Assembly: GCF_009914755.1 (NCBI RefSeq)
Contig: NC_060941.1
DNA length: 64,000 nt
DNA from: the human T2T-CHM13v2.0 reference genome, Homo sapiens
Reading direction: 5' to 3' (one strand)
Every line of letters starts with the position of its first letter. Positions within the stretch are counted from its first letter, which is position 1. Below the pieces are notes generated by a model. The model was not told the DNA's origin. It saw nothing but the letters and a program-made list of their open reading frames with translations, and did not search any database. Shown piece by piece: positions 12,922-34,201 of the stretch. The translations under genes and the position numbers were made by a program.

Positions 12922-14822
12922 TTTCAAATTTTGCAATGGTCTCAGCAGAAAATAAACAGTCCACAATTTAAACAGAACTCATAGCATTACAAAAGTTTAC
13001 AGAACCCCTATGTTTTCATCATTTGTTTCTAACAACAAAGATTACAACGACAGAATTGAATGATCAGAATGTAAAAATATTTGTGCAAAACTGCATTAAT
13101 TGTTCTTACTATCTAATAGGGGTAAAACTTAAGAACACACAATGACAATAATGAAGAAAAACTACATTAAAAGTAATTCTACTTTAGATTTCAAACATGA
13201 ATTATATTATTACTAAACATTAAAAAAAAAAGTGGCACCATGAGAGCAGCAGGAGCAACAAATTATGCCAGCTAAGGAAAGCTGACACTGGAATATGCCA
13301 AAGTTAATCTCCACAATAGGTATCCATCTGAAAAGACTGGAAACAACCGTAGGGCCTAAAACTCACTTCAATTTATTTATTCTTGAATTTGTAGGTCTTA
13401 ATTGAAGTATTTAAGAAAGTCTTTTCCCCTCCCTCTCAAGGAGTGTTTCTTGCTTTACTGTCAATCATTCGAAGAGTTGAATCATAGACTCTGGATTTAC
13501 CAACACCAATCCATTTAACTGGAATTTGAAGCTCATCTTCAATAAATCGAACATAGTTTTGTGCATTAACAGGTAGTTCTTTAAATGCCCTTGCATTTGA
13601 TATGTCTGTGTTCCATTCTCATGGAGTCTTATATTGAACTTCAACTTTAAGACTTCTTGATTTGCTGGAATATGAGGTATGATTTGACCATCTAACTTGT
13701 AAGCAACTCCAACTTTGATTTCCATAAACATGTCCAAAATATTCAACTTGGTAACTTCCAGCGCAGTAAATCCATTGATAATATGAGCATATTTGAGCAA
13801 AACGAGGTCCAACCAGCCACATCTTCTTTTCCTTCCAATAGTTACACCAAACTCTCTACCCTTTGTTTGTAATAATTCTCCAATTTCCTTGAGATTTTGT
13901 AATTCACCTTCAATGTCTATTTCCAAAGTGGGATGTATAGATTTGTATTGTTTAGCTGGAACTTTAAACATCTCAGAGAAGCCAACAAGGTCAGAAACAA
14001 GATCGCACATCCTAAGTCCACTCCGAGCAGCTTTGGAAGAATAAACTGGGCCAATGCCCTTTTTTGTTGTACCCAAATTTTTTCCTGCTTGTTCTTGTCT
14101 CTGTTGTTCCTGGACACCATCAGCGGCTTGATGAAAATCAAATACAATATGAGCTCTGTCAGATAAAATAAGCCTTTTTCCCAGCCTTCTAGTCCTTTTC
14201 CTTTTTGAACATTTTTCTCTGCTTCTTCAAACAATCCAGGTAGATGAATTACCACACCATTTCCATTGAATGCAGTAACATTTGGAATAATTATTCCACT
14301 GGGTAAGAGATGAAAATCATACTCCACAGAATGCACAACAACTGTATGGCCAGCATTATTTCCTCCCTGGCAGCGGCACATGGGGTCCTGCGCCAGTAGA
14401 TCCGCCACCTCCCCTTTGCCTTCGTCGCCCCACTGCACACCGAGCACCACCGTCACCCAGTTTCCTCTGGGCCGCGCCCTGGGGCGGCCGCAATCGCCGC
14501 TGGGCAGGGAGGATGCCTCCAGGTAGTTCTTGGCGAACGCCGCAGCTCCGGTGACGCGAGGAGAGCCGGAAGGAGACGCGGCCGGCGAGAGGTGAGCGAA
14601 CTGTATTGCTCTGCGGCCTCCAGCCACCTGCGGAGGAAGAGGGAGCCAGAGGCCGGCCCCGCCCCCGCCCCCGCCCCGCTGGGCTGCCACACTCCAGCCA
14701 ATCCCTGCCCCGCTCTCCGCCACAACCCGCTCAAGTAGGGGGACTCTGACTGCCCCGCGCAGGTGGCCTGCCTTGGCAGCACCGCCCGCGGGAAGTGGCG
14801 GCCTGGCGCGCTACTCGGAGAA
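12922..14822 (-). pseudogene. Processed pseudogene of adenylosuccinate synthetase 2 (ADSS2)
   Basis: Intronless; [51 protein letters not shown] and ESMIQLF motifs; frameshifts; GC-rich 5' region and partial 3'UTR. Confidence 0.93.
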
Positions 14823-14829
14823 GGCCATA

Positions 14830-17090
<2,261 letters not shown>

Positions 17091-17365
17091 GAGTTATCAG
17101 GTAAATATCCAAGAGAACAAAAAAGGAAAAAAATGATTGGGACAAAGGAGACCAAAAGGAGTGAAAGAGAGAAGGAAAATTTTAACCTAGAGATACAAGC
17201 CACTCTAAAATATTTTGTTTAACAAAAAAGTGGGAGAAAGTGGACTGCAGGGGCTTGTCCAGGGAAAGGCTACTGCCAAGAAGCACTGTGTCCCTTTCTC
17301 CTCCATTCTTTCCTCTTATCAGTCAGAGATAGAAACTAAAACAGCCTAAAACTGGGGGGTGTAGT

Positions 17366-17752
17366 GTGACGGATCCCCGACCAGGTTACTTAAGGGTTTA
17401 TTTTTGCTGCTTGCACCCTGAAGGCTGAGCACTGAGCAAAGGCCATGATGCCTACCTGAGGAGAAGGTGTCCCTGACAACCCAAACATCCCAGAATGTCT
17501 CTGGGAACATACCAAGGAAAACAGTCTCATTGCAAACAGTAGGCAAAGAGCCAGAATATTCGCTTAAAAGAAGCTTAGGGCTGGGTGATGGGGCAGGTCT
17601 CTGGAGCTATCCTGCTCCCACCAGGAATACCTTGTATGTAAGTCCTGATAAATTCATCTACTCACAAACCTAGATTTGTCTGAGCCATTCTTTGGTTTCT
17701 TGGCTCCTTCTCAGTTTGGGAGTATGTTGCAGTCCCAGTTTTTCTTGTAACA
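17366..17752 (+). mobile_element. Solo LTR of an old ERV (family not assigned)
   Basis: TGTGAC...TGTAACA termini, ~390 bp, LTR-like composition. Confidence 0.5.
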
Positions 17753-17799
17753 GCATGAGGGAGAGGAATAGAAAAAAAAAAAACCTGAATTCAGGGTGC

Positions 17800-18212
17800 C
17801 TAAGTCTATTTTGTGTTATAAGGAATTCCTGAGGCTGTGTAATTTGTAAAGAAAAAGGATGCATTTGGCTCACAATTCTGATGTCTAGGAAAGTTCAAGA
17901 TTGGGCATCTGCATCCGGTTATGTCCTCAGGCTGCTTCCACTCATGGCAGGAGGCAAAGAGAAGCCAGTGTGTGCAGAGATCACAAGGCAAGAGAGGAAA
18001 CAAGAGTAGAGAGAGGTGCCAGGGTCTTTTTAACAACCAACTCTTATGGGAACTAATAAAGTCAGAACTCACCCCCAAGAAAGGGCATTAATCTATTCAT
18101 GAGACATCCTCCCCCATGACCCCAACACCTTCCATTGGGCTCCCTCTCCAACACTGAGGATCAAATTTCGACATGGGGTTTGGAGGGGACCAAACATCCA
18201 AACTATAGCACA
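17800..18212. mobile_element. MaLR LTR (MST-like)
   Basis: TTTGGCTCACAATTCTG...CCCCCATGACCCAACACCT...ACATCCAAACTATAGCA, hallmark MST/THE1 segments. Confidence 0.75.
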
Positions 18213-18254
18213 GGGAGAGAAAAAAAATAACCAACTGAATTATATGTAGATAAA

Positions 18255-18680
18255 ATTTTTGTTAATTTTTATTTTAGGTTTGGGGGCGCATGTGAAGGCT
18301 CATTACACAGGTAAACATGTGTCATGGGGTTTTGTTATACATATTATTTCATCACCCAGGTATTAAGCCCATACCCAATAGTTAACTTTTCTGCTCCTCT
18401 CCCTCCTCCCACCCTCCCCCCCTCAAATAGACCCCAGTGTCTGCTGTTTCCTTCTTTGTGTTCATAAGTTCTTTCGTTTAGCTCCCATTTATCAGTGAGA
18501 AGATGCTGGACTTGGTTTTCTGTTCTTAAGTTAGTTTGCTAAGGGTAATGGCCTCCAGTTCCATCCATGTTCCTGCAAAAGACATGATCTTGTTCTTTTT
18601 TATGGCTGTGTAGTAGCCCATGGTGTATATGTACCACATTTTCTTTATCTAATCTGTCATTGATGAGCATTTAGGTTAAT
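18255..18680 (-). mobile_element. L1 3'-end fragment (L1PA/PB)
   Basis: TTTCATCACCCAGGTATTAAGCC...GCTCCCATTTATCAGTGAGAA...GTACCACATTTTCTTTATC. Confidence 0.8.
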
Positions 18681-18850
18681 ATAGACATAATGAATAGATT
18701 GTACATGTACATAGATAAAGATATCAAACGTATATCTAAATTAAAACAAACATCCATAATTTCACCCAATTGGAAATCGAAAATTTGTATACCAAAGAAT
18801 TTATATAACAAAAAGATAGCTAAGGTCGTGATTGGGTTTAGAACTGTAAG

Positions 18851-19189
<339 letters not shown>

Positions 19190-19589
19190 TAACTTTAACA
19201 TTTGCCAAAATGCACCAATTGAGAAACCTCGTGGACTTAATAAATACTCAAATTATACTTATGCCTGAGGTTCCAACAAATTTAAACATTGTACCCCATA
19301 TAATTTTAAAAGGTAGCTAAATAGCTTTTTAAAAATAGCTATGCCTTATTTTATATCTTGATTGAATTGCTCATAGTTGTTGTACTCAGTGCCTTAAAGT
19401 ATCTCGTATTGAACATAGACTCCATGTCACAATAAATAATAAATTAAAATTAAATTTTTGGCACTCAAAAATTGGCTTGATAAAATAGGATTATATAAAT
19501 CCCATTAAAATAGTTAATATGGTTCAATGTAAGTTAAAATAGGCCCTTGAAGGATTGAAAGTTGTTACATAAAACCTCATTTATATAAC

Positions 19590-22500
19590 ATAAAAGGGAT
19601 AAAGGAGATAAGTATTCCCTGCTGCTTGTCCGTTTAACAGCCCAGTGTTGCCTGTTCTTAAACCTGGAAAATAATAAGCAGCAGGCACCTCACGGTGGAG
19701 GACTACAACATTATTGCTGTGGTCTTGTCGACTAGGGCCTCATAGCCAGTATCTAGTATGATTAACATTATTAACTCTATCCAATCAATAACTGCTAAAT
19801 ACTCTGTTCTTACAGACTTGGCTAATATGTTCAATATGTTCAATTCCGTGCCTATTTCAACAGACTCCACTGTAGTTTGCCTCCATTGCTGAAGAGACAC
19901 AATATACCTCTTGCAGGCTACACCTCAGTACCTTCACAATTTTGCCATCATGCACACATCTTACAGACAAGATCTTTTTTAATACTTAATTTTTCTAGAG
20001 CAGATTCACAGCAAAATTGAGCGGAAAGTACAAAGATTTTCCATATACCCACTGCCCGCACTCATGCATAGCCTCCCCCATTAGCAACATCTCCCATTAG
20101 TGTGGTACATTTGTTACAATTGATTAATCTAAATTAATACATCATAATCACTCAAAATCCATTGCGACTTTTACATTAGCGTTCATTCTTCTTGTACATT
20201 TTATGGGTTCAGACAAATGTATAATGACATATATCTACTATATAGTATCAAACACAGGATTTTCATGGCCTTAAGAATCCTCTGTGGTTCAACTATTCAT
20301 TCCTCCCACTCCCTTAATCCTTGGAAACCACCGATCATTTTACTGTCTCCATAATCTTGCCTTTTACAGAATGTCATATAGTTGGAATCATACAGTATAT
20401 AGCCTTTTCAGATGGCCTTCTTTTTAAAGAGACAGGGACAGACAAGATCTTAAGTGCATGCACCTTCCTCTGGGAGCACAGATATGATATTACATTAATA
20501 ACCTCCTCCAAGGAGATGTCACTTAATCTACTCATATGGACATAAGAGTCCAACATCTTTTCATCCTTTTTGGGTTTTCATGGCAAAATATTCTTCACTT
20601 ACAAATTTTACTTAATCTCATTGAGCTGTAACTCACAAATGAACCCACTTTAAATGTGGCAGCCTCAAACAAAAAGGCTCTAAAATCTATCCAAATTAAT
20701 ACCAACAGACAGACCCATTGGTGCCTGCATTGATTCCTTTACTGAAGAGACTTTAACAAGCTCTACTCATGCCTCCTAAAGTCTAGACCACCTGTGATGG
20801 CTACGAATTGCCTGAGGGCTCTCAGCCTCATGCTATATGCCATTAAAACCACAAATGACTAGCTCCATACTGGGCTCTCCTGGACATAGAGGCTTTCACA
20901 GATTCTGAGTCTGTGACCCTCCATACCTGGCTACCTGTTATGCTTTCAGTCATGGAAACAGCACCCTGCAAGCTCAGCCTCTCAGAGGGCCCAGGTTTGT
21001 CTCTAACCTGTCTCAAGGAGGCTACCAAGTCCTGGGCTCTCTAGCATATTCACACGCAGAAGGGAGTGACGTCCCCAGTCCTTGGTCCCTTGCCAGATGC
21101 CATAGTGCTGGAGGAGGTCACCTCTCCTCCAGACCCCTTGGTTACCTGGAAAGCTCCTTTGGATTGACTGAGTGAACAGCAATAGAAGTTCACGGACTAT
21201 ATGAATGGCACTGCCAACCACCATACATGATGGAGCTAGGTGGAATATTACCGAATGCTGGATGCCCTGGCCAACAAATGGCCCCATCTCCATATTCCTT
21301 TTGAACAATTGAGCCATTGCCTAATGAATTGTCCCTTTCAGATTAAGGAACACTAAGAACCTCTTTCCTCTTAGATACCCAAAATCACGTGTCTATGTAT
21401 ATTAAGGCCACCATATGAGGCCTTACAATTACCAAGGTAATAACCAAGGCACACATTTCACATTGCAAAATACACACTGAATGGGCTCCCGAAACAAACA
21501 GGCATTCAATAAAACTTTCATGACCCTAATAGGTCCCAAATAGCCAGTTTAACAGAGAGACATAAGAGTCTCCCCAAACAACTTCTTTTAAAGTTCCAGT
21601 CCAACAAATGGACCTCTCAATGGGTCTTTATCTTGCCCCAGGCCTTAACCTATTTTTATAGATTTTCAATATCAAACCCCCCCCATCAGGAGGCCACAGC
21701 AGGTGTGTATATTCTCTGGGGTCCAATTAATAGTGATTGTCCAATGGGCTAGGCAGCTGCTTATCTGATATGGGACCCGTTTGAGCCTAAACTTCAACCA
21801 TGAAGCAAGCAAGCAAGCAAGCAAAAACCAAAACTCTGTCAAATGCAGCTGCACACCATTCTGTTTTCTGTTTATCTTTTTTGTTTTGTTTGTTTGTTTT
21901 TGCTTTTTGTTTTGGTCTGAGACAAGGTCTCACTCTGTTACCCAGGCTGGAGTGCAGTGGCGTGATCACGATTCACTCCCCACTCTACTTCCTGGGTTCA
22001 GACAATCCTCTCACCTCAGCCTCCTGAGAAGCTGCGACCACAGGCACACACTACCACGCCCAGCTAATTTTTTATGTTTTTTGTAGAGACAGGGTTTTAC
22101 CATGTTGCCCAGGCTGGTCTTGAATGCCTGAGCTCAAGCAATGCACCTGCTTTGGCCTCTCAAAGTGCTGGGATTACAGGCATGAGCTGCCATGCTCAGC
22201 CTGCTGATCTTACTGCTGGTATGGGTGCTTTTGTTGTTTTATCATCTGGAGGCACCAACCCTCCATACAAGCCATTGTTTTAATCAATCATGGCAAATGC
22301 TAAGACCCACATCAACCTGAGTCTGTATTTACTTAAAAGAAATACTCAAGACCCATATCCTAGATGACATTTTCCTGGATAGGCACTCACTGCTGGAGAT
22401 TATGCTGCCTCAGATGACATCGATCCAGCTTACCATCAGAGATGAATTTACCCCTGCACCAGACATGGCGTCACCCTAAACACAAAAACCTTCACCCCAG

Positions 22501-24110
22501 TGACACCCATGGACTGCCTCTTCTCAGGCACAAACTGCACACCGAACATTTGGCCTTTTTTCCTTTGATATCAGGGATTCTATTGTGTTTCTGAGTGTGC
22601 TGTCTGCTTAGCCTATCATCCTGGCATACTCCTTGCTCTCTGCCAAAACATACACCCCGCACTCCTATGCCTGAAGGAAAATTTAATAGTAGTTACCACT
22701 ACCTACGTCATTCTAAGAATTAATGGAGGGCCAAGCACAGTGACTCATGCCTATAATTCCAGCACTTTGGGAGGCTGAGGCAGGACTGCTTAATCCCAGG
22801 AGTTCAAACCAGCCTGGGCAACATGGGGAGACCCCATCTCTACAAAACATATAAAAGTTAGCTGGGCATGGTGGTGTACACCTGTAGTCCCAGCTACTCA
22901 AGAGTCTGAGGCAGGAGAATCTCTTGATGTCGGGAGGTCAAGGCTGTAATGAGCTATGACCACACCACTGCACTCCAGCCTCGGTGACAAGGGCAAGACC
23001 CTGTGTCTAAAAAGATAACAAAAATTAATGGATAGTATTGCCTTTCTCTGAAGGCTGTTGCCTCCTGAGTCAATCCCTCAACCCACTGGGAAGAGGACCA
23101 CTAACTCCCCAGTGCCTACCCCTACTACCCCCTCAAGCTTTCCCCCGTGACTTCCTGCCCTGTGTCTCTGACCATGACCACTCCTCCTTGGTTATACACA
23201 CACGCTAGTCTACACATGCATTATTAATGTATTAGTTCCTATCCCCCAACAACCTGACTGCAGGACCTGTTTTATATAAAATATATATATATAAAATATA
23301 TATATATTATATATATAAATATATATATAATATATATATATATGTATTTCAAACTTTTAACCCACTTTAAAACTCCACCAAGATAATAGTAAAAACCTCC
23401 AAAAATTTCAGATCTACTTTCTTGACTAATGACATGCAAATGAAGAACTTAGTTATGGACCAGCCTACAAGGGCTCTTTATACTTCCACATTGTTCTGCT
23501 ATCTTACTCTTACAATAAAATATTTTCTAGGCTATTTAGGGCAACTGTACCCCATCCTTTAAATAAGTCCACTATTACCACCCCAGGTTTCTTACGATGA
23601 TGCCAAATAGGCCCAGGGGCAATGGGTCTTACTGTGTTTTCCTAGGTTCTGTACTTGTCTATTTGGCATCCATTAATCACAGGGCCAAACTAATGGCCAA
23701 CATTCTTTACATCCCCGCTGTGACCCAGAGCTCATACTCTAAGCTACTCACACATCGAGCCAATATTTTCCCTACCCTACATAAACCCAGGGCCATGTAA
23801 CAGACAACTGGGGACCGTCCCTAGGCCCCAAAGCCCATCAGAATTATTCAAACTATTGAGTCCTAAGCTGTTCCCCCTGCCCAGCTGGACCTTTCCCACA
23901 GAAACCCTAATAATAAAGGTTCCGAATTAGATTTTCCCCTCACTTCTGCTCCTCTTTCCTTAACCAACTGGATGCTTTACCACATGACCCTGCATGACAG
24001 AGCAAGTCCCCTTCTCTTGGAACTATAAGTAATAAAGTCTTTTTTCAATGGCGCTAGTCCATCTGTGTTGACACTCAGTCACCTCCATAAATCAAAACTT
24101 CAAGAGTACA
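19590..24110 (+). mobile_element. Highly decayed ERVL-class internal region with a probable 3' LTR (~23600-24110), interrupted by an L1M 3' end (~19980-20410) and Alus (21865-22201, 22728-23024)
   Basis: RT-like remnants PFNSPVLPVLKPGK (~19630) and TDLANMF (~19812); LTR-like segment with AATAAA near 23912 and 24031. Boundaries approximate. Confidence 0.5.
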
Positions 24111-24117
24111 TTTTCAT

Positions 24118-24600
24118 ATAATATTTTATCAGGCATCTGAAGGTTTCACCAAAGTTTATATTTTCCTACTGCAAAACTATGTTCCATGTAGATCTGGCCC
24201 ATCTTGAGGCTATTGTTCCTGCGTTCATCCTCCCATGGTCACATTTCTTGGCCAACAGAACCATAGAAATTGGTCTGCCATGTGTTAACGTTTAGTCCAA
24301 ATCATTTTTCCACTTTAGCTCTGCTTCAAATGGGGCTGGCCTTGTGATACTGGAGACAATAAATGCGCCTGTAAGTTCCAGATAACAGGCTCTTGTCATT
24401 TTCCCAATCTTTCCTCATTGCAATGTTCCACAGCTGTAGGTGTGCCAAGGCCTCTGGGTCCCAGTGTAGCACCTTGAATGCACAGTTCACACAGTGGTGG
24501 CTTCAGGGTGCCAGCCAGGAGGAGTTCTGGTGCACTCACTGTTTGATGATGGTGGTCTTCCCCATGCCCAGGTCACCCATCACCAGCAGCTGATACAGGC
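24118..24600 (-). pseudogene. Ancient processed pseudogene of RAB38 (Rab32/38 GTPase)
   Basis: Manual minus-strand translation across frameshifts gives LYQLLVMGDLGMGKTTIIKQ*VHQN..., FKVLHWDPEALAHLQLWNIA, MTRACYLELTGAFIVSSITRPAPFEAELKWKNDLD* and MVLLAKKCD. This is collinear with recalled RAB38 (LYKLLVIGDLGVGKTSIIKRYVHQN...KVLHWDPETVVRLQLWDIA...KWKNDLD) and has no introns. Confidence 0.85.
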
Positions 24601-24661
24601 TGCCTGAGGTTCAGGGCTGGAAAGACTCCAAGAGTGCGAACATGCTCCCACTGTTTTAAGT

Positions 24662-27888
<3,227 letters not shown>

Positions 27889-27889
27889 A

Positions 27890-28138
<249 letters not shown>

Positions 28139-28591
28139 TGATTCATCTCTTCATTGGCTGCATTTCATTGCAATATAGTTTTCAAGAAGATATTAGAGAA
28201 CTATGTTTTCCATGTCCATTGGATAAGAATGTCTGATATTTCCTTTATAGTCAAATGACATCTTGGTATGGCAAAACATGTGTAGGTAATTAATTTTTCT
28301 AATTTCCCTTAAGGAATATCTATAAAGAACTTAGGAAGAAGCGAACATAGGCTAATCCCAGTTTTCCAACATCACGTCAAGTTGCCTAACTTGCAATGTT
28401 TTCAAAGACGTATTTTTAGAGAATTAGAGAATGTTACCAAATATATAATGAAAAATATCTCTGTAGCCCAGTCCATCTTCCATGATTCAAGTGAGCCTTG
28501 GACAAGATTTAAACATCCTTATCTATACTGATTATCTGGGAGATGCTGGAAATGTCAAAGGCTAATTGGTCTATAAAAGAATTGATTCTCC

Positions 28592-29514
<923 letters not shown>

Positions 29515-29568
29515 TTAGATTAATTCTCCCACCAAAAGCAACTATAAAAGCTATGTAAAAGTGTATCA

Positions 29569-29920
<352 letters not shown>

Positions 29921-30272
29921 CTATAATTTAAAGGACTGGAGAGCAACCAATACAAGCAGGACTTAAAGGGCTACAATCTTTAATACAGAAGAATCACAGG
30001 AAGTAGCTTCACATTCACCTCTGCTTTTTCCCTAAGGAGATTTTCCATATCACAGCATGGGTAAATAGAGCCCATGCAGAAATCAGCAGTTTTACTGGGC
30101 TAAAGAAAACAGAGGTCAGACTTCAGGGCTGCCAGAGGAGCTGGGATTTCAGAAACAAAATCCCAGAGAAGATGAAACTGAAGAGAAGAAGCCAAAATCT
30201 ACCCACAAATTTCCCTCAACTCACTGGCTAATACAGGTGAGATGCTAGAAACACAGAAGAAAATATCAACTA

Positions 30273-30486
30273 GGGCTGGGTGTGGTGGCTTATGCCTGTA
30301 ATCCCAGCAGTTTAGGAGGCCGAGGCAGGTGGATTGCTTGAGCCCAGGAGTTTGAGACCAGCCTGGGCAATATGGTGAAACCCTGTCACAAAAAGAAAGA
30401 AAAGAAAGCAAGGAAGGAAGGAAGGAAGGAAGGAAGGAAGGAAGGAAGGAAGGAAGGAAGGAAGGAAGGAAAGAAGGAAGGAAGGA
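30273..30486 (+). repeat. Alu monomer whose tail is a (GGAA)n microsatellite (15 perfect units at 30412-30471)
   Basis: Units counted directly; TSD GAAAATATCAACT on both sides. Confidence 0.92.
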
Positions 30487-31989
30487 GAAAATATCAACTG
30501 ATCAACTGGGAGATTAAAGAGCTAAACATCACTTTCATCAGCCTCACGGTGCTCAGGAAACACAAATTGTAATTCAACTCCCAGCCAAGTAGAAGGGTCT
30601 TGGTAAATACCCCAGACTTTAAGACCCCAGAAGAGCCATGACCTAGTAATTAGTGCAAAATTAAAAGCTACTATACCTAGAAAAGCATAAAACAAAACTT
30701 CAAAAGAGTAAAAGTTATCACTGGTGTTCTGTCTGCCAAAAAAAAAAAAATGTGTAACCCTATCTGAAGAAATGTAACATCTACTAAAGTCTCTACAATT
30801 TGTAATCCATAATACTATACAAAATTAAGAGACAGGATAAAAATCAGAACAAATTACTAGAAAATAAGAGAAAAACTGGATTATAGAAAAAGACTGGCAA
30901 GTGCTTCAGACATTGGAGTCATCAAAGAGGGACTTTAAAATAACTGTTACATCTTTTTTAAAACCCCCCAAAAATAAAATAGGTGAAAAGATGAAGATGT
31001 CCTGATCCTCTTACAGGCTCAGAAAATTGAAATCAATGGATAAAAATCATCAGGGGTTTGGTGGTCTTAAGCCCCAGTTTGTTCAAGGGTCAGTTGTATG
31101 CAGTAATATCCCAGAGGTGGCGATCAGCAGGTGAAACTGAGTTTTCAGTAACTGGATCTAGGAAAAGTGGTTATCCACATGGGATAAAATGAAATAGCCC
31201 CCTACATCACCGTTTATGGATGTGGATTACATATTTAAATGTTAAATGTTAAGTGCAAAACTTTAAAATTTTTAAAAGAAAATAAACAGAAATATCTTTA
31301 TAACCCCGGGGTAGGGAAGGATCTCTTACACAAGGCACAAAGAGCACTAAACCACAAAATTTTTAAATGGCAAGTTTGACTATATCCAATTTAAAACTGC
31401 TAGGGAGAATATGCCTTGGGAAAAGAGAAAATGCAAGTCATGAACTTGGAGAAGACGTCTGAAATCTGTACTATCTGTGACTAAACGAGGATTTTATGTT
31501 AGAATCTGTGAATTGCTCCTAGAAATCAGTAAGAAAAAGATAAAGCCTATTACAAAAATGAGCAAAAGACAGAATCGCCACTTCATAGAAGATAAAATAT
31601 CTTCTATGGGAGATATTTTCTTCCATGTATATACCCAAATAAATACCGATTTGACTGAGGAAGAAAAGAAGTTCAAGAGAAAAGAAGTTCAAGTAGAAAG
31701 ATGAAGAGAGAAGTCTGGCATTGGAAAAGATGTGGCATTTCCAATATATTGCTGGTGGAAGTAAAGTGAGCTATCTACTTTGGAAATAATTTGACATTAT
31801 CTTATTACTTAAATATTCACACACTGCCTGAACGAACAATTCTACCCCTACTTAGGCACCTAAAGAAATAGAATTTGACAAATTCAATGACTAAAAACAC
31901 CAAAGAATTTCCATAAACAAAAGAATGTGCTTCCATAACAAATATCAAGACAGAGCTGGTTTGAAGAGAAGGAGGTTTGAACACAGTTA

Positions 31990-32148
<159 letters not shown>

Positions 32149-33064
32149 TTAGAAAACAAAAATCACGCTCTTAATTTGGCATGGGAGAGACTCAAGCTAA
32201 CTAATGCACAGTATACCAAACGTCTACTTAGAACTGATCCTGCATTCCCAATACAGAACATTAGATATTGTGGTTACATATTGTGGTTAGATTCCTAGGT
32301 CAGATACAAATTGTAAAATTAACTCTTGATGCTGCTGAAACACTCTATACTTGGAAGGAAAATTAACAGTAAAAATGCATTGATAGCAATTTAATACATT
32401 GCCATATAACTGAGTTTATTTTAAAACAAGTTAAAATTAGAAGAATGTGATGGCTAGTGAAGGAAAACTGGGTTTTATGCAGATTCTGAGGAACAAGTTT
32501 GCATTTTCAGAGATTTTGTAAGTTGCTAGTTCTGGTCTAATCTCACTGGAGGCTTTCCTTTTCCAAAACCAGATAAAATATCAGCATTATTCTTCTCTTA
32601 TTGGTACAATTTAGGTTACTCTTTGGCTCATAAATGTGAGAGGAAGAGGGGAAGTCTTTATAGGAAATAAATGGAAAGTGGGTAAAGAAAGATGAAAGAG
32701 CAAGCAAGTAAAAGAGTAAGTGTTCCCAAAAGAAAGCAATGGTTAGTTACAGAAAATGAGCCCTGAAAGAAAAACGAAAAGAATTGAACAGGCTTTCCTT
32801 GAAAGTGAGTAAAGAAATGGTAGAGAAGAAACATCTAGAATCTTTGCATCAGATAAGGCTACTAAGAGTAGATATTTAGTTATTGTATGGAATATCTATC
32901 TTCTAAGTGTGCAGAAGAAAACAAGAGGCAGGGAAGTATTGGTTGTATCCACCAGAGATGTTGAAATTTGAAGACTTTTAATCTTGTCCCTAATCCCAAA
33001 GATACAATAAAACCTTCCTGCCACCCAAGCCAAAGGTATCCTTATTGCCAATCCTCCTTCCTCA

Positions 33065-34201
<1,137 letters not shown>

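Noticed and set aside
13917-14723. 268-aa ORF with ADSS motifs as a functional gene
   Set aside because: It lacks the native start, frameshifts out of ADSS2 homology and is missing catalytic segments, so it is a pseudogene.
23270-23345. (TA)-rich quasi-palindromic tracts (also 10825-10880 and 29865-29912)
   Set aside because: Ordinary low-complexity microsatellites.
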